A DNA stretch of 64,000 nucleotides from the human T2T-CHM13v2.0 reference genome, Homo sapiens: assembly GCF_009914755.1 (NCBI RefSeq), contig NC_060935.1; one strand, given 5' to 3'. Position 1 is the first letter of the stretch. Every line of letters begins with the position of its first letter. Of the stretch, positions 1 to 16,385 are shown piece after piece. The position numbers were made by a program, and so were the translations under genes. The notes below the pieces were generated by a model, which was not told the origin of the DNA, made no database searches, and was given only the letters and a program-made list of their open reading frames with translations.

Positions 1-120
1 TTCTGAAGTGCTTATAATAGCTGCTTCGGGAGTGTGGCCTTTCTGATTAAATGCTAGCTGATCACCCTTAGAATATAAATTCTTGTTAAATAACATATTT
101 ACATTTAAATAGCAAGAAAG

Positions 121-162
121 GAGAATGTAAGCATCCTGAAGATAAGAATTTTTGCCTGTTTT
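121..162 (+). mobile_element. L2 LINE 3' end, left part (continues at 7148-7240); target of the first L1 insertion
   Basis: Joining 121-163 to 7168-7240 rebuilds an L2 3' terminus-like sequence: gaatgtaagcatcctgaagataagaatttttgcctgttttg|ttcactgccatgtcc...gcctgg...ctcaaatagctattgaatg. Confidence 0.55.
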
Positions 163-602
163 GACACTTCTCAAAAGAAGACATTTATGCAGCCAAAAAA
201 CACATGAAAAAATGCTCATCATCACTGGCCATCAGAGAAATGCAAATCAAAACCACAATGAGATACCATCTCACACCAGTTAGAATGGCAGTCATTAAAA
301 AGTCAGGAAACAACAGGTGCTGGAGAGGATGTGGAGAAATAGGAACACTTTTACACTGTTGGTGGGACTATAAGTAGTTCAACCATTGTAGAAGACAGTG
401 TGACGATTCCTCAGGGATCTAGAACTAGAAATACCATTTGACCCAGCCATCCCATTACTGGGTATGTACCCAAAGGATTATAAATCATGCTGCTATAAAG
501 ACACATGCACACATATGTTTATTGTGGCAGTATTCACAATAGCAAAGACTTGGAACCAAGCCAAATGTCCAACAATGATAGACTGGATTAAGAAAATGTG
601 GC
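163..602 (+). mobile_element. Host L1 A (5'-truncated, L1PA4-like), upstream part: end of ORF2
   Basis: Collinear with 5923-6363 of the inner L1. Preceded by a 20-bp TSD aagaatttttgcctgttttg (144-163), repeated at 7148-7167 with 1 mismatch. Confidence 0.93.
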
Positions 603-610
603 GGTTAAGA

Positions 611-1643
611 GGAGGATAGTCGAGATGGCCGAATAGGAACAGCTCCGGTCTACAGCTTCCAGCGTGAGCGACGCAAAAGACGGTTGATTTCTGCATTTCC
701 ATCTGAGGTACTGGGTTCATCTCACTAGGGAGTGCCAGACAGTGGGCATAGGACAGTGGGTGCAGCGCACCGTGCACGAGCCGAAGCAGGGCGAGGCATT
801 GCCTCACTCGGGAAGCGCAAGGGGTCAGGGAGTTCCCTTTCCTAGTCAAAGAAAGGGGTGACAGACGGCACCTGGAAAATCGGGTCACTCCCACCCTAAT
901 ACTGCGCTTTTCCGACGGGCTTAAAAAACGGCGCACCACAAGATTATATCCCGCACCTGGCTCGGAGGGTCCTAGCCCACGGAGTCTCACTGATTGCTAG
1001 CACAGCAGTCTGAGATCAAACTGCAAGGCGGCAGTTAGGCTGGGGAAGGGGCGCCTGCCATTTCCGAGGCTTGCTTAGGTAAACAAAGCAGCAGGTAAGC
1101 TCGAACTGGGTGGAACCCACCACGGTTCAAGGAGGCCTGCCTGCTTCTGTAGGCTCCACCTCTGGGGGCAGGGCACAGACAAACAAAAAGACGCAGTAAC
1201 CTCTGCAGACTTAAATGTCCCTGTCTGACAGCTTTGAAGAGAGCAGTGGTTCTCCCAGCACGCAGCTGGAGATCTGAGAACGGGCAGACTGCCTCCTCAA
1301 GTGGGTCCCTGACCCCTGACCCCCGAGCAGCCTAACTGGGAGGCACCCCCAAGTAGGGGCAGACTGATACTTCACACGGCCGGGTACTCCTCTGAGACAA
1401 AACTTCCAGAGGAACGATCAGACAGCAACGTTCACGGTTCACAAAAATCCGCTGTTCTGCAGCCACCGCTGCTGTTACCCAGGCAAACAGGGTCTGGAGT
1501 GCACCTCTAGCAAACTCCAACAGACCTGCAGCTGAGGGTCCTGTCTGTTAGAAGGAAAACTAACAAACAGAAAGGACATCCACACCAAAAACCCATCTGT
1601 ACATCACCATCATCAAAGACCAGAAGTAGATAAAACCACAAAG
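611..1643 (+). promoter_or_regulatory. L1 5'UTR internal promoter (sense and antisense); YY1 motif altered
   Basis: Matches the L1PA 5'UTR. The CAAGATGGCC motif reads CGAGATGGCC (621-630). ORF0 ATG at 1061(-) is closed by TAA after 8 codons. Confidence 0.8.
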
Positions 1644-2660
1644 ATGGGGAAAAAACAGAGCAGAAAAACTGGAAACTCTAAAAAGCAGAACGCCTCTCCT
1701 CCTCCAAAGGAACTCAGCTCCTCACTAGCAATGGAACAAAGCTGGACGGAGAATGACTTTGACGAGTTGAGAGAAGAAGGCTTCAGACAATGAAACTACT
1801 CTGAGCTACAGGAAGAAATTCAAACCAAAGGCAAAGAAGTTGAAAACTTTGAAAAAAATTTAGACGAATGTATAACTAGAATAACCAATACAGAGAAGTG
1901 CTTAAAGGAGCTGATGGAGCTGAAAGCCAAGGCTCGAGAACTACGTGAAGAATGCAGAAGCCTTAGGAGCTGATGCGATCAACTGGAAGAAAGGGTATCA
2001 GTGATGGAAGATGAAATGAATGAACTGAAGCGAGAAGGGAAGTTTAGAGAAAAGAGAATAACAAGAAACGAACAAAGCCTCCAAGAAATATGGGACTATG
2101 TGAAAAGACCAAATCTGCGTCTGATTGGTGTACCTGAAAGTGACGGGGAGAATGGAACCAAGTTGGAAAACACTCTGCAGGATATTATCTAGGAGAACTT
2201 CCCCAATCTAGCAAGGTAGGCCAACATTCAGATTCAGGAAATACAGAGAACGCCACAAAGATACTCCTCGAGAAGAGCAACTCCAAGACACATAATTGTC
2301 AGATTCACCAAAGTTGAAATGAAGGAAAAAATGTTAAGGGCAGCCAGAGAGAAAGGTCGGGTTACCCACAAAGGGAAGCCCATCAGACTAACAGCGGATC
2401 TCTCAGCAGAAACTCTACAAGCCAGAAGAGAGTGGGGGCCAATATTCAACATTCTTAAAGAAAAGAATTTTCAACCCAGAATTTCATATCCATCCAAACT
2501 AAGCTTCATAAGTGAAGGAGAAATAAAATACTTTACAGACAAGCAAATGCTGAGAGATTTTGTCACCACCAGGCCTGCCCTAAAAGAGCTCCTGAAGGAA
2601 GCACTAAACATGGAAAGGAACAACCGGTACCAGCCCCTGCAAAATCATGCCAAATTGTAA
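1644..2660 (+). pseudogene. L1 ORF1p, disrupted
   Basis: 1017 nt, collinear with intact ORF1 at 56090-57106, but with several in-frame stops. The ORF track shows only fragments (2001-2192, 2319-2660). Confidence 0.92.
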
Positions 2661-2723
2661 AGACCATCAAGGCTAGGAAGAAACTGCATCAACTAATGAG
2701 CAAAATAACCAGCTAACATCATA

Positions 2724-6518
<3,795 letters not shown>

Positions 6519-6754
6519 ACAATGAGAACACATGGACACAGGAAGGGGAACATCACACTCTGGGGACTGTTGTGGGGTGGGGGGAGTGGGGAGGGATAGC
6601 ATTAGGAGATACACCTAATGCTAAATGACGAGTTAATGAGTGCAGCACACCAGCATGGCACATGTATACACATGTAACTAACCTGCACATTGTGCACATG
6701 TACCCTAAAACTTAAAGTATAATAATAATAATAAAATTAAATTAAATTAAAAAA

Positions 6755-7147
6755 AAGAAAATGTGGCACACATACACCATGGAATACTATGCAGCCATAA
6801 AAAAGGATGAGTTCATGGCCTTCGTAGGGACATGGATGAAGCTGGAAACCATCATTCTCAGCAAACTGTCGCAAGGACAAAAAACCAAACACTGCATGTT
6901 CTCACTGATAGGTGGGAATTGAACAATGAGAACACATGGACACAGGAAGGGGAACATGACACAACGGGGACTGTTGTGGGGTTGGGGGAGGGTGGAGGGA
7001 TAGCATTAGGAGATATACCTAATGCTAAATGACAAGTTAATGGGTGCAGCACAGCAACATGGCACATATATACATATGTAACAAACTTGCACGTTGTGCA
7101 CATGTACCCTAAAACTTAAAGTATAATAATAATAATAATAATAATAA
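6755..7147 (+). mobile_element. Host L1 A, downstream part (ORF2 end, 3'UTR, (AAT)n tail)
   Basis: Resumes exactly at the duplicated aagaaaatgtggc. Older-type 3'UTR (gaagctggaaacc, gcatgttctc, aacaaac). Followed by the outer TSD. Confidence 0.93.
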
Positions 7148-8249
7148 AAGAATTTTTGTCTGTTTTGTTCACTGCCATGTCCAAAATAATGCCTGGTAAG
7201 AGCTCAAATAGCTATTGAATGGGTAAATATCACACTGACTTTGCTGAAGTATTTAAATAATTTTCAGACATTATAAAAAGAAATACATTTTGGCCAAAAG
7301 CTTAATTAATGCAAGAGTAAAAAAAAAAAAGGTTTGAAGCATACAATCCTATTTCAGGGGGCTCAAGAGTTTAAAAGGAAGAAAGGGGGAGACATCCAGG
7401 TAAGAGGACACGTATGCTGTCTTTCCAATATTGGACATTATCTACTTTTTCTGAGACAGTATCGACGCTTTGAGCATGACACATCTTTTTGTAACAGAGT
7501 CCTACTTAAGCTCAATATTTAATTGGTACTTAGAGCCAAGAAATACATGTGGGCCTACATTTTTTTGCATGTATTTTGTGTTATAGCCTCTATACAATCT
7601 AAGGACACTTGGTTCTTTCTCTCAAAATCCTTTCCTCACTTTTGAGTAATTTACTTTTGAATTTATAAATACCTCACCTTATTATTCATCATATTATTTG
7701 CATTATGTTAAACCCTGGTCAACCCTTAAAATGTTAAAGGAAAGACATTACTATATTTTTTAATGAATACACTAAACTTTTAAGTACAAATATATTTGTC
7801 ATCAGCCTCTGCAAAGCCATCAGATGTTTGAAAAAAAATTTTAAGCATGAAGCAAAGAGTCTAGTTTTAAGAACTTAGCTGTGAATGGATGATATCCTAC
7901 CCATTTAATAGAGTTCTCCAAATGAACAGAAAGTATACAATGAAAGGAAGGTCCCTTAGACATTTGAAGTTTTTCTGCAGCACAATCCTGTCTGTCTGCT
8001 TTATTCAAGAATTTGTAGTCATTTTCAGAATTCATTCCAGAAACCAGCTTATTCGTTTAGATATCAGCACACTGGTCTTGGCAAAAGATAACACAAAAGT
8101 AAACACTACTATGTCAAAAAGGATGAAAAGCCAGCGATCCAACCAGTAGAATTGTTTTGGAAGCCTGTTTGTCTCGGACTGAGATCACACATTAAGCCTT
8201 GGCTGTTGCCTTCCATTCTTGCACAAGCCTCCCTGCTCCTGGGGACCCT

Positions 8250-8746
8250 CTGTAAGAGTGAGCGTCCTAATGAAAATAGATGGCACACTCAAATGGCTAA
8301 AGTAGGGAGAGTTTATGAAGGAATGATTTATAAAAGAGTGGGAAGTGTTAAGAGAACATGGTATGAGTATCTGATGAGCAACAGCAGATAGCCGTTATCA
8401 CCTTTAGACATACAAGGGCAGAATAGGGAGCTGTTAAGACTCAGAGAGTAGCTGTATAGAGATTCATTTGAAAGAAGCCGTGGCTCTGGTAGTAGAGGAG
8501 CATCACTAACCAGAGGTGATTTTACATGAGAGCAGGGGTGGAGGTGGGTGGGAGAGTGGGGGAGAATAACTACCCCAGGCTCACTTCCTGTCTTTCTGTC
8601 TTCTGCTCTTGTATTCCATTGGTTGACTCCACCCCAAAGACAGAGGGCAAGGGGGGCTTTGGATATAAACAAGAGTCTCCTGGGGCACTGAACAGGGTGG
8701 AGAAGAATGAAGAATGGATCTGGAGGGGCAAATGAAATATTCGTAA
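8250..8746. mobile_element. Old ERVL-type solo LTR (LTR33-like)
   Basis: gatggcacactcaaa... start and ...cagagggcaaggg...ggatctggaggggcaaa end resemble LTR33; recognised by eye. Confidence 0.5.
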
Positions 8747-8753
8747 CACTACC

Positions 8754-9021
8754 TTTTTTTAAATTATACTTTTAAGTTCTAGGGTACAAGTGCACAACGT
8801 GCAGGTTTGTTACATATGTATACATGTGCCATGTTGGTGTGCTGCACGCATTAACTCGTCATTTACATTAAGTATTCCTCATGCTATCCCTCCCCCCTCC
8901 CCTCACCCCACGACAGGCCCCATTGTGTGATGTTCCCCACCCTGTGTCCAAGTGTTCTCACTATCCAATTCCCACCTATGAGTGAGAATATGCGGTGTTT
9001 GGTTTTCTGTCCTTGCGATAG
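8754..9021 (-). mobile_element. 5'-truncated L1PA (PA5/6-like) 3' end, ~270 bp
   Basis: Antisense L1 3'UTR. TSD cactacc(a)tttttt at 8747 and 9022. Confidence 0.9.
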
Positions 9022-9429
9022 CACTACCATTTTTTTAAGGACACAGTATCTGCAGTATCGGAGGAAGGTCCTTTTAGGAAGAATCATGTAAACAAAGGGT
9101 AGAGGAGTATTGAAATAAAGAGTATGTTGAGAAAATGGAAAATATTTCAGATAGTTTGGAGTGTGTGCTTAAGAAGAATAGGCATAAAAATGAAAGCATA
9201 GGTTAGTATTTGTAGACAAATGTTAATCTTTATATTGCATATCCTCTTATTTATTACTAAGTCTTGTATTATAAATGTTTTTATAAATACCTGAGAATCA
9301 ATAGTGCCTTCATCATTAGGTGGGAGATAGTTGGTCGAGTTTTGTGCCTTAGCATAGTTATCTGGGTGATTTACACATAGCGGCTTAGTGCAAATAGTAC
9401 AAAGATCAGAAGTCATTTAGAGAGTGGGG

Positions 9430-9658
9430 CTTTCAGTTAAGAATATAGGCTCTGGATTTGCACCATCTGTGTTTAATTTCTGACTCCAGCACTTTCCAGC
9501 TTGATGACCTTAGGCAAGTTATCTAATACCGGCTCAGTTTTCTCATTTTCAAAATAGGTACAGTCATAATAGTTTTATTTTAGAGTAGTTGTGAGGATTG
9601 AGTAATTCACATATTTAGCCCAGAGCCTAGCAGATACTGTTAATAAATGTTACCTATT
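9430..9658 (+). mobile_element. MIR SINE
   Basis: MIR core gaccttaggcaagtta...ctcagttttctcatt...gttgtgaggattga. Confidence 0.7.
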
Positions 9659-9679
9659 TTTTGTTTTTTAGTTTAGGAG

Positions 9680-9995
9680 GGTATTATAGGTATCTTTGAA
9701 TATTTGAAAGGCTGCCCCATGAAATAGGGATTAAACTTGTCTTCATGAGAACCTCCAGTATCAGAATCAGGAGTAATGTGTATAAGTAACAGGCAAACAG
9801 ATTTGGGATTAATACGAGAAAATCTTTTAATAGTTATAGAGTTGCTTGAATTAGAATAGGTTAGCTCATGAGATAATGATTTACATACCAAGGGAAGTTT
9901 TCAGGAAAACATCAAGGGGATGTTTTAAAGTATTAATGTCTCAAAATGAGAAAATTAGATAAAAGCTTTAGGATATCTTCCAACCATAATAGTCT
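9680..9995 (+). mobile_element. L3/CR1 LINE 3' fragment
   Basis: tctttgaatatttgaaaggctg...ggcaaacagatttggg...cttccaac, typical of the CR1/L3 3' end. Confidence 0.5.
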
Positions 9996-10162
9996 ATTAC
10001 TTTATCCTAAAAAATTTGTGAAAATCAAATTTTACGTAAGAGGAAATGTGTTTGATTTCCTTTTCCACATCTCTGTCTGTTCCTGTTGACAATTTCTGTT
10101 CCTAACTACCTTCCAACAATCCAGCTTACATGTCATCTATCTTTGTTTAATGATACGTATAA

Positions 10163-10290
10163 TTTTTTTTTTTTTCAAGAGACAGAGTCTCACCATGTTC
10201 CCCAGACTGGGCGCAAACTCCTGGGTAGGTAATACTCTTGCATCAGTCTCCTGAGCAGTTGGTACTACAAGTGCACACCACCATGCCCAG
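10163..10290 (-). mobile_element. Alu monomer (FLAM-like)
   Basis: polyT followed by gagacagagtctcaccatg...caccaccatgcccagc. Confidence 0.75.
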
Positions 10291-10291
10291 C

Positions 10292-10970
10292 ATATTTAAC
10301 AATATTTATTGAGCACATACAAATGTGCCAGGTATTGCGCTGGATACTGTGATTAGTACAGTGAACAAGACACATCAGTCTCCTGCCCTAATGGAGCTTT
10401 AAGAAATTTTAGCAGAGGGAAATAGAAAGTAAAAACACAGTGAAATAAATTTCAGGTAGTTTTAAGTACTGTGATGCATGAAGAAAATAAAACAGAATAA
10501 TAGTATAAAGGGATACTAGGGCTTTGGATGGTGGAGGTGAAGATGGTGCTTTAGGTATGGTAGGAAGGGAAAGCCTCTCTGAAGAGGTGACATTTTAACC
10601 AGCATATAAATGTTGAGAAGGAGCTGGTTGTGCTGAGGGAAGCACACTCTAGGCAGAAGAACCAGCAAAGGCCCTGTGGTGGGAAAGATCTTGACATGCT
10701 TGTTAGAAAGCAAACTGGGTGGCTAGAGAGTGGTGGGAGTGGTAAGAACAGTGTGGATCACATAAGGCCTTATACACCTTGTTAACATTTACATTTCACT
10801 CCAATTGCATTCTAATGGCAAGTCATGAGACAATTTTATGGTATAATTTATGTTTAAAAAAGATTATTCTTGCTTGTTTATGGGCTATTGACGGAATAGC
10901 TAGAGTGGAAGCAGGAAGATAGGAGGCTGTTGGAGTTATCCAAGTGAGACATAATAGTGACTTGGACTAT
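10292..10970 (-). mobile_element. L2 LINE fragment
   Basis: caatatttattgagcac...tgtgccagg... antisense L2 3' region. Confidence 0.65.
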
Positions 10971-11031
10971 CTCAGATGACTTTCTCCCCCATTTATCCCT
11001 GGATAGAATGTCCTTTAAAAAATATTTTATA

Positions 11032-11352
11032 GGCCAGGCATGGTGGCTCATCCCTGTAATCCTAGCTCTTTGGGAGGCCGAGATGGGAGGATTGCATGAG
11101 GCCAGGAGTTTGAGACCAGTTTGGGCAACATAGCAAGACTCTGTTTTTACAAATAATTAAAAAATTAGCCAGGCATGGTAGTGTGTGCCTGTGTTCCTAG
11201 CTACTTAGGGGGCTGAGGTGGGAGGCTAGGAATTTGAGGCTGCAGTGAGCTGTGATTGTGGTACTGTACTCCAGCCTGGGTGACAGAGTGAGACCTTGTC
11301 TTGAAAAAAAAAAAATATATATATATATATACATATATATATGTATATATAT
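11032..11352 (+). mobile_element. AluJ with (TA)n tail
   Basis: Dimeric Alu with J-type diagnostics, A tail then (TA)n, flanked by atattttata. Confidence 0.9.
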
Positions 11353-11799
11353 ATTTTATAGTGTTTACCAGATACTAGTGTTAAAGTATCTTTATATTAT
11401 ATTTTAATTAGGTATACAATTGGCTTTCTCATTAGATTCTGAGTTTCTTAAGCACAAGGACAATGTCTTATCCCTTTTCTTATTATTTTAGGTAGCATTA
11501 TAGCACTGTTATTAATTTTGCACTTAATGCATTGCTATTAAGTGAATTCATGAAACTTCTATCTGAACACAGGGCTTTTTATAGCTATTACAAATGGCAC
11601 AGTTAAATACGTAAGTGCAATAAGGTAAGCTAGATTTGAGATGGAATTAAAAAAATACTTTCCCATACTTTACAGACAGAATGTAGTTTGTATACAGTTT
11701 AGGAAAACCTACTAAGAAGGGAAAATCACAATGTTTTATTAGGGGTGAAACACAAATCAGAAAGGCTTAGGGAAATAAAACCAAGAACTAGTTTTGTTG

Positions 11800-12193
11800 G
11801 TCTATTTGTTATGATAAAGGCTAAACTAATGTTAACAAGAGACAAATATAGTGGCTCAAGTAAGAAAGAAGTTTATTTATCATATAACAACAGGTCACAC
11901 ATTCAGGCTGCTGGGTCTTTCACGGGCTCCTTCCTTTATGTTGCTCTGCCACCTCTTAGGGTCTTGTCTTAATCTGCACGGTCAAGCTAGGACATTGTCA
12001 CACTTATCTTCCAGTCAGTGGGGAAGGGGAAAGAGAGAGTCCACAGAGTCCAGATAAATAATTTTATTTTAAACAAGTGAGGTGAAAGTTGCATGTATCA
12101 TCTTGCTCATATTCCACTGGTACTTAGTCATATGGTCTTACTCAGCTACTAGAGAGATGGAGAAATGTAGTTTTTAGCTGGGGAGTCATAGCA
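11800..12193. mobile_element. MaLR LTR (MLT1-type)
   Basis: agtggctcaa...gaagtttattt...ccactggtacttagtcatatggtc...ggagaaatgtag motifs. Confidence 0.5.
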
Positions 12194-12204
12194 AAAACTT
12201 TACT

Positions 12205-13885
12205 TTTTTTTTTTTTTGAAATTTAAAGAAAAAATCTATTGAAGATCTGAAAAACAATTCCTAAAAGATAGACTTTTCCAGAAAACACTAGCTACACAAT
12301 GTATTGTGTCTATCATGTTAAAACATGCATTAGACACAAATACAAAAACCATGAAACAAGCCACCATTCTTCAACAATTTGAGCAAAGATAAAATGCCTA
12401 AGTAACAACATGGATGACTTGCAAAGGATGGGCTCTTTACTTTAAGCACCATAAAAAAAAAAAGCACAAATGGATGAGTGTGTTCAGTTATATACACTGA
12501 ATTGAACCTTTGGCACTAGGAATCAGAGTATTTTGTCATATAGCATTAACATGTATTATAAAAGTGCGTAGTGTCAAAGGAATAGAACCACCAACATTCA
12601 AAAGCAGCTTTGTCAACTAGGCAGTAAAACACTCTACAGCATATCCTCTGTTGTCCATCATTGAATACACTGGTAGTGACTTTGAAATTAAAAAAAAAAA
12701 GAAAAAGGATCTATTACCCCTTTTATTTTCTTTGTTTAAAACAAAACAGAAAAAAACATCAGTTGTTACACACTAACATCTTCAGAGCACATCGTTTGTA
12801 CAAGAGATAGACTAAGAACAAAAATGTGTTTACAGAGATCCAAACATAAGTGAGTGAGAGCGCCTCTCACATGGCTCTCAGGACGGTTCTCAGGAGGAGC
12901 CACTTCATAATCTCTGGCACTAAACAAAGTTGTAGAATTCTTTGCCAGGTACTTCAGGAAATCATGAAGATAATTCAGTAATTAAGCAAGGCTCTTCTCA
13001 TCCAGAGGTGTATAGGCCAACATTGCTCCAATTCGTACAAGTAATCTCAGGAGATGTGGCACTCCATACACCTGGGACATGGGTGCCTTGGGGTGATCTG
13101 CAAGAATTTCGGCATACTGTGGTCTCTCAAATTTGTAGAGTAGTTGGGTGCCCAACATTACGTTGAAGTATTCTTTTATCCCTGCCACAACTTCATTAAC
13201 CGCATACTCCTTATTATCTGTGTTTCCACCAGATTTCTTGTAATTTGCGTAATCCTCAAGAATGGAATCCACATTTCTTCTTGGCAGGAAGTTAAAAGAG
13301 CTGTTTTCGTCTGGTAATTAAGTCCCAGTCATCAACAAGCCACAGTTTTAGCTCTTCAGGAAGCTTTACTTTAACTTCAACTCTGTTCATGAATGTTTCC
13401 TCATTTTCAACAGTAGGATCTACCCGGGTCCTTTTCTTCCGAGGAGGCCAAGGAGTCTCACTGGTACTGCCACCATCTCCATTTCCAGGGGTTTTCTGTT
13501 TGTTCTTTTTTGTTTTCACTTCAACATTTTTCTGTTGGAGACCAGATGTCTTCTTTCCTGGGGCAGCCCCTATCGTCTTCCCCTCTGCATACTGCTCCTG
13601 ATTGGCTTTTTGAAGTTCTTATTCTTTCTGCAAATTAGTGTCCTTGTATTTGAGTACTCTGCTCTCTGGAACCCACTCATCCCAATTTTTATTCCAACCA
13701 CTGTAATGTATAAAGTATTTCACTTGTTTGTCCTTAATGGCAACCTTTACACACTTTGTTTCATGAAGAAGAGGCCCATGAAAGCACAGCACTCACTCAA
13801 CCTCCTGGAATTTAGGCTTTGGGTCCTGTTTTGAAGCCATTTATAAGTGATTTGCTGTCTCCTCCTTCTCCTACCACCCCCAACT
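12205..13885 (-). pseudogene. MORF4L1: Processed pseudogene of MORF4L1 (MRG15), short isoform
   Basis: Intronless. CDS remnant 13840->12867 translates MASKQDPKPKFQEVE*VLCFHGPLL...HYSGWNKNWDEWVPE and MRG-domain segments ([19 protein letters not shown]). Stop at codon 16 plus frameshifts. 3'UTR, polyA (T-run 12204-12217), TSD aaaactttact (12194-12204 and 13886-13896). Confidence 0.95.
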
Positions 13886-14639
13886 AAAACTTTACTAACT
13901 TTGATTTTCAGCTAACAATCTTCTAAAGTTGCTGTTATTTGAACTACTTAAAGTGAATATGAGGGTAACAACTAATTAATTTCTGCTTCTTACCCTCATA
14001 GGAAAAATATTGAACTTCTATGTAGCACTTACACTTAGGGAGAGACATCTTGATCCTGATTGCAACTGGGATGGAAAACTGATTTTATTACTATTCTAAG
14101 AAAAGTTTTTATTTGTATTTTTATTAAAAATGAAGTTATGTTCAAATGAAAGAGAGTATGTATGAGTCTTGAAAATTGTTACTTTAGGTAAGGCAGGACT
14201 ACTAATTTTTTTATTATTTTTATAAAGAAACAACTCTTGCTCACCAAAGGGCTTGTAGAAATGGTGGGCTGGTTGCCCTCATGGCAGGTATAAAGGATAC
14301 GGATGTATAATATTTCTATTAAGGCAGTTTGGGATAAGGGATTACTTATTGCTTTTAATGTATATCTTCCTTGTTATCACATATTAGGTTGATATAATTC
14401 TTCATCAGGTAGAACTGAAGTTCTCAGAGTTGGAGTTGAGGATGAAAAGCTGCTTTAGAACCTTTTAGGCCTTAAGTCAGTGTTTCTGTTTTCAGGACTG
14501 TCTCCTAAAGAGAGGTAACTTTTTTTTCTGTTGGATGGTAAATTATCACCTATTTCTCTATTTCTTAAGAGCAGACATAATCTTTGGGGTCGTTCCTTTA
14601 TAATCTTGATTCAGTATTTTTTCTTTCTTATCAATATTG

Positions 14640-16385
14640 TTATTCATTTTATTTTTTGCTTATTTAAAAAAAATTCAGATAATTTACATATAATAAAATG
14701 CATGGGCCTAAATGTTGAGTTGAAGTTTTGATGGTTATATACACTTATGTAATCATGAACCAAAACAAGATACAGAATCTTTCCTTGAACTTCTTTCCGG
14801 TCTGTTCCATCCAGCTCCTCAGAGACAGCCACTTACTGATTTCTATTGCCATGTATTTGTTTTAACTGTTTTTTAACCTCTTTAAATAAAATTATACAGT
14901 ATGCATTCTTTTGTGTTGAGCATCTTTCACTTCATATACTGTCCTGTAATGCATTCATATTGTTTTGTATATCAGTCGTGAATATATTCAATGAATATGT
15001 TCCCTGAATGAATATATTTTATGAATACATCACAATTTATTTATTATTCTGTCACAATTTGTTTATACATTCTTATGTTGATGAATATTTAGGTTTCCAG
15101 TTTTTGCCTTATGAATTAGGCTGCTCTGAGCATTCTTGTGCAAGTCTTTTTTGTGGAGACATGTATTCATTTCTGTTGGGTAAATACCTAAGAGTGAAAT
15201 TAAGTCAGAGTAGATGTGTATTTAACATTAAAAGAAACTGACATACACTTTTTCAAAGTGGTTGTACCATTTACACTCCTACCAGCAATATATGAGAGTT
15301 CCAGTTGCCCTACATCCTCACTAACATTTGATGTTGCCATTCTTTTATTTTAGCCATATAGTACCTGTGATGTTGAATGCCTTTTTATGTTCTTATTGAC
15401 CATTTATGTATCTTCTTTTGTGAAATGTTCAAGTCTTTTGCTAATTTTAAAATTGGATTGTTCATTTTCAAAAAATTACTGGTTTGTAGTTGTTTTAGAC
15501 AGTCATGCGTTGCTTAACAGTGAGGATATGTTCTGAGAAATGTGTTAGGTGATTTCGTCATTGTGCAAACATCACAGAGTACTTACACAAACCTAGATGT
15601 TACAGCCTACTCCACACCTAGGCTATATGTTATAGCCTATTGCTTCTAAGATACAAACCTGTACAGCATGTTACTGTACTGAATGCTGTAGGCAGTTGTA
15701 ACACAATGCTAAGTATTTGTATATCTAAGCATATTTAAACATAGAAAAAGTACGGTAAAAATATGTACACCTGTATAGGGCACTTACCATGAATGGAGCT
15801 TGCAGGACTGGAAATTGCATTTGGTAAGTCAGTGAGTGAGAGGTGAGTGAATGGAAGGTCTAGGACATTACTGTACACTATTATGGACTTTATAAACACT
15901 GAACACTTAGGCTTTTTAGTTTTCCAATTACTTTATAAAAAAGTAACCGCGTCACAATGTCATGACAGCTGCAACTGAAAGTTCATTATGTGGCATGTCA
16001 CTATATTATGGATGTGAGTCCTTTGCCATATGTATGTGTTATGAATATTTTCTCTCAATCTGTTGCTTACCTCTTCATTTTCCAAATGTCTTTGGATAAG
16101 CAGACATTTTAATTTTGTTTAAGTCTAATGCACTAATTTTTTTCCTTTACATTTAGTGCTTTTTTTATACCTTAAGAAATTTTTGCTTAAGCATCTCTAA
16201 GGTACTCTGTTTTCTTCTAGAAGTTTTATGGTGTATGATCTAACTTGAAGTAATTTTTTGGGTATGAGGTAAGGTAGGGGGTCAAAGTTTGCTTTTTCCA
16301 TGTAGATAACCAGTTGTTCCAGCACTGTTTTGTTGAAAAGACTTGACACCCTTGTCTAAAATAAATTGGTAGTATATTTGTTGGC
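14640..16385 (-). mobile_element. Old L1M (L1MC/MD/ME-type) 3' region
   Basis: Antisense L1 3'UTR/ORF2 motifs (ttttcaaagtggttgtaccatttacactcctaccagcaa). Interrupted by a Tigger3-type element. Confidence 0.7.
15500..16003 (+). mobile_element. Tigger3/Golem (MER7)-family non-autonomous DNA transposon
   Basis: Start cagtcatgcgttgcttaac...gttctgagaaatg; degenerate TIR at ~15985-16003. Confidence 0.75.

Noticed and set aside
493-990. 165-aa minus-strand ORF (and similar ORFs at 54970-55393) as a novel gene
   Set aside because: These are antisense readings of the L1 5'UTR/host junction with no independent coding evidence. ORF0 in copy A has an early stop.
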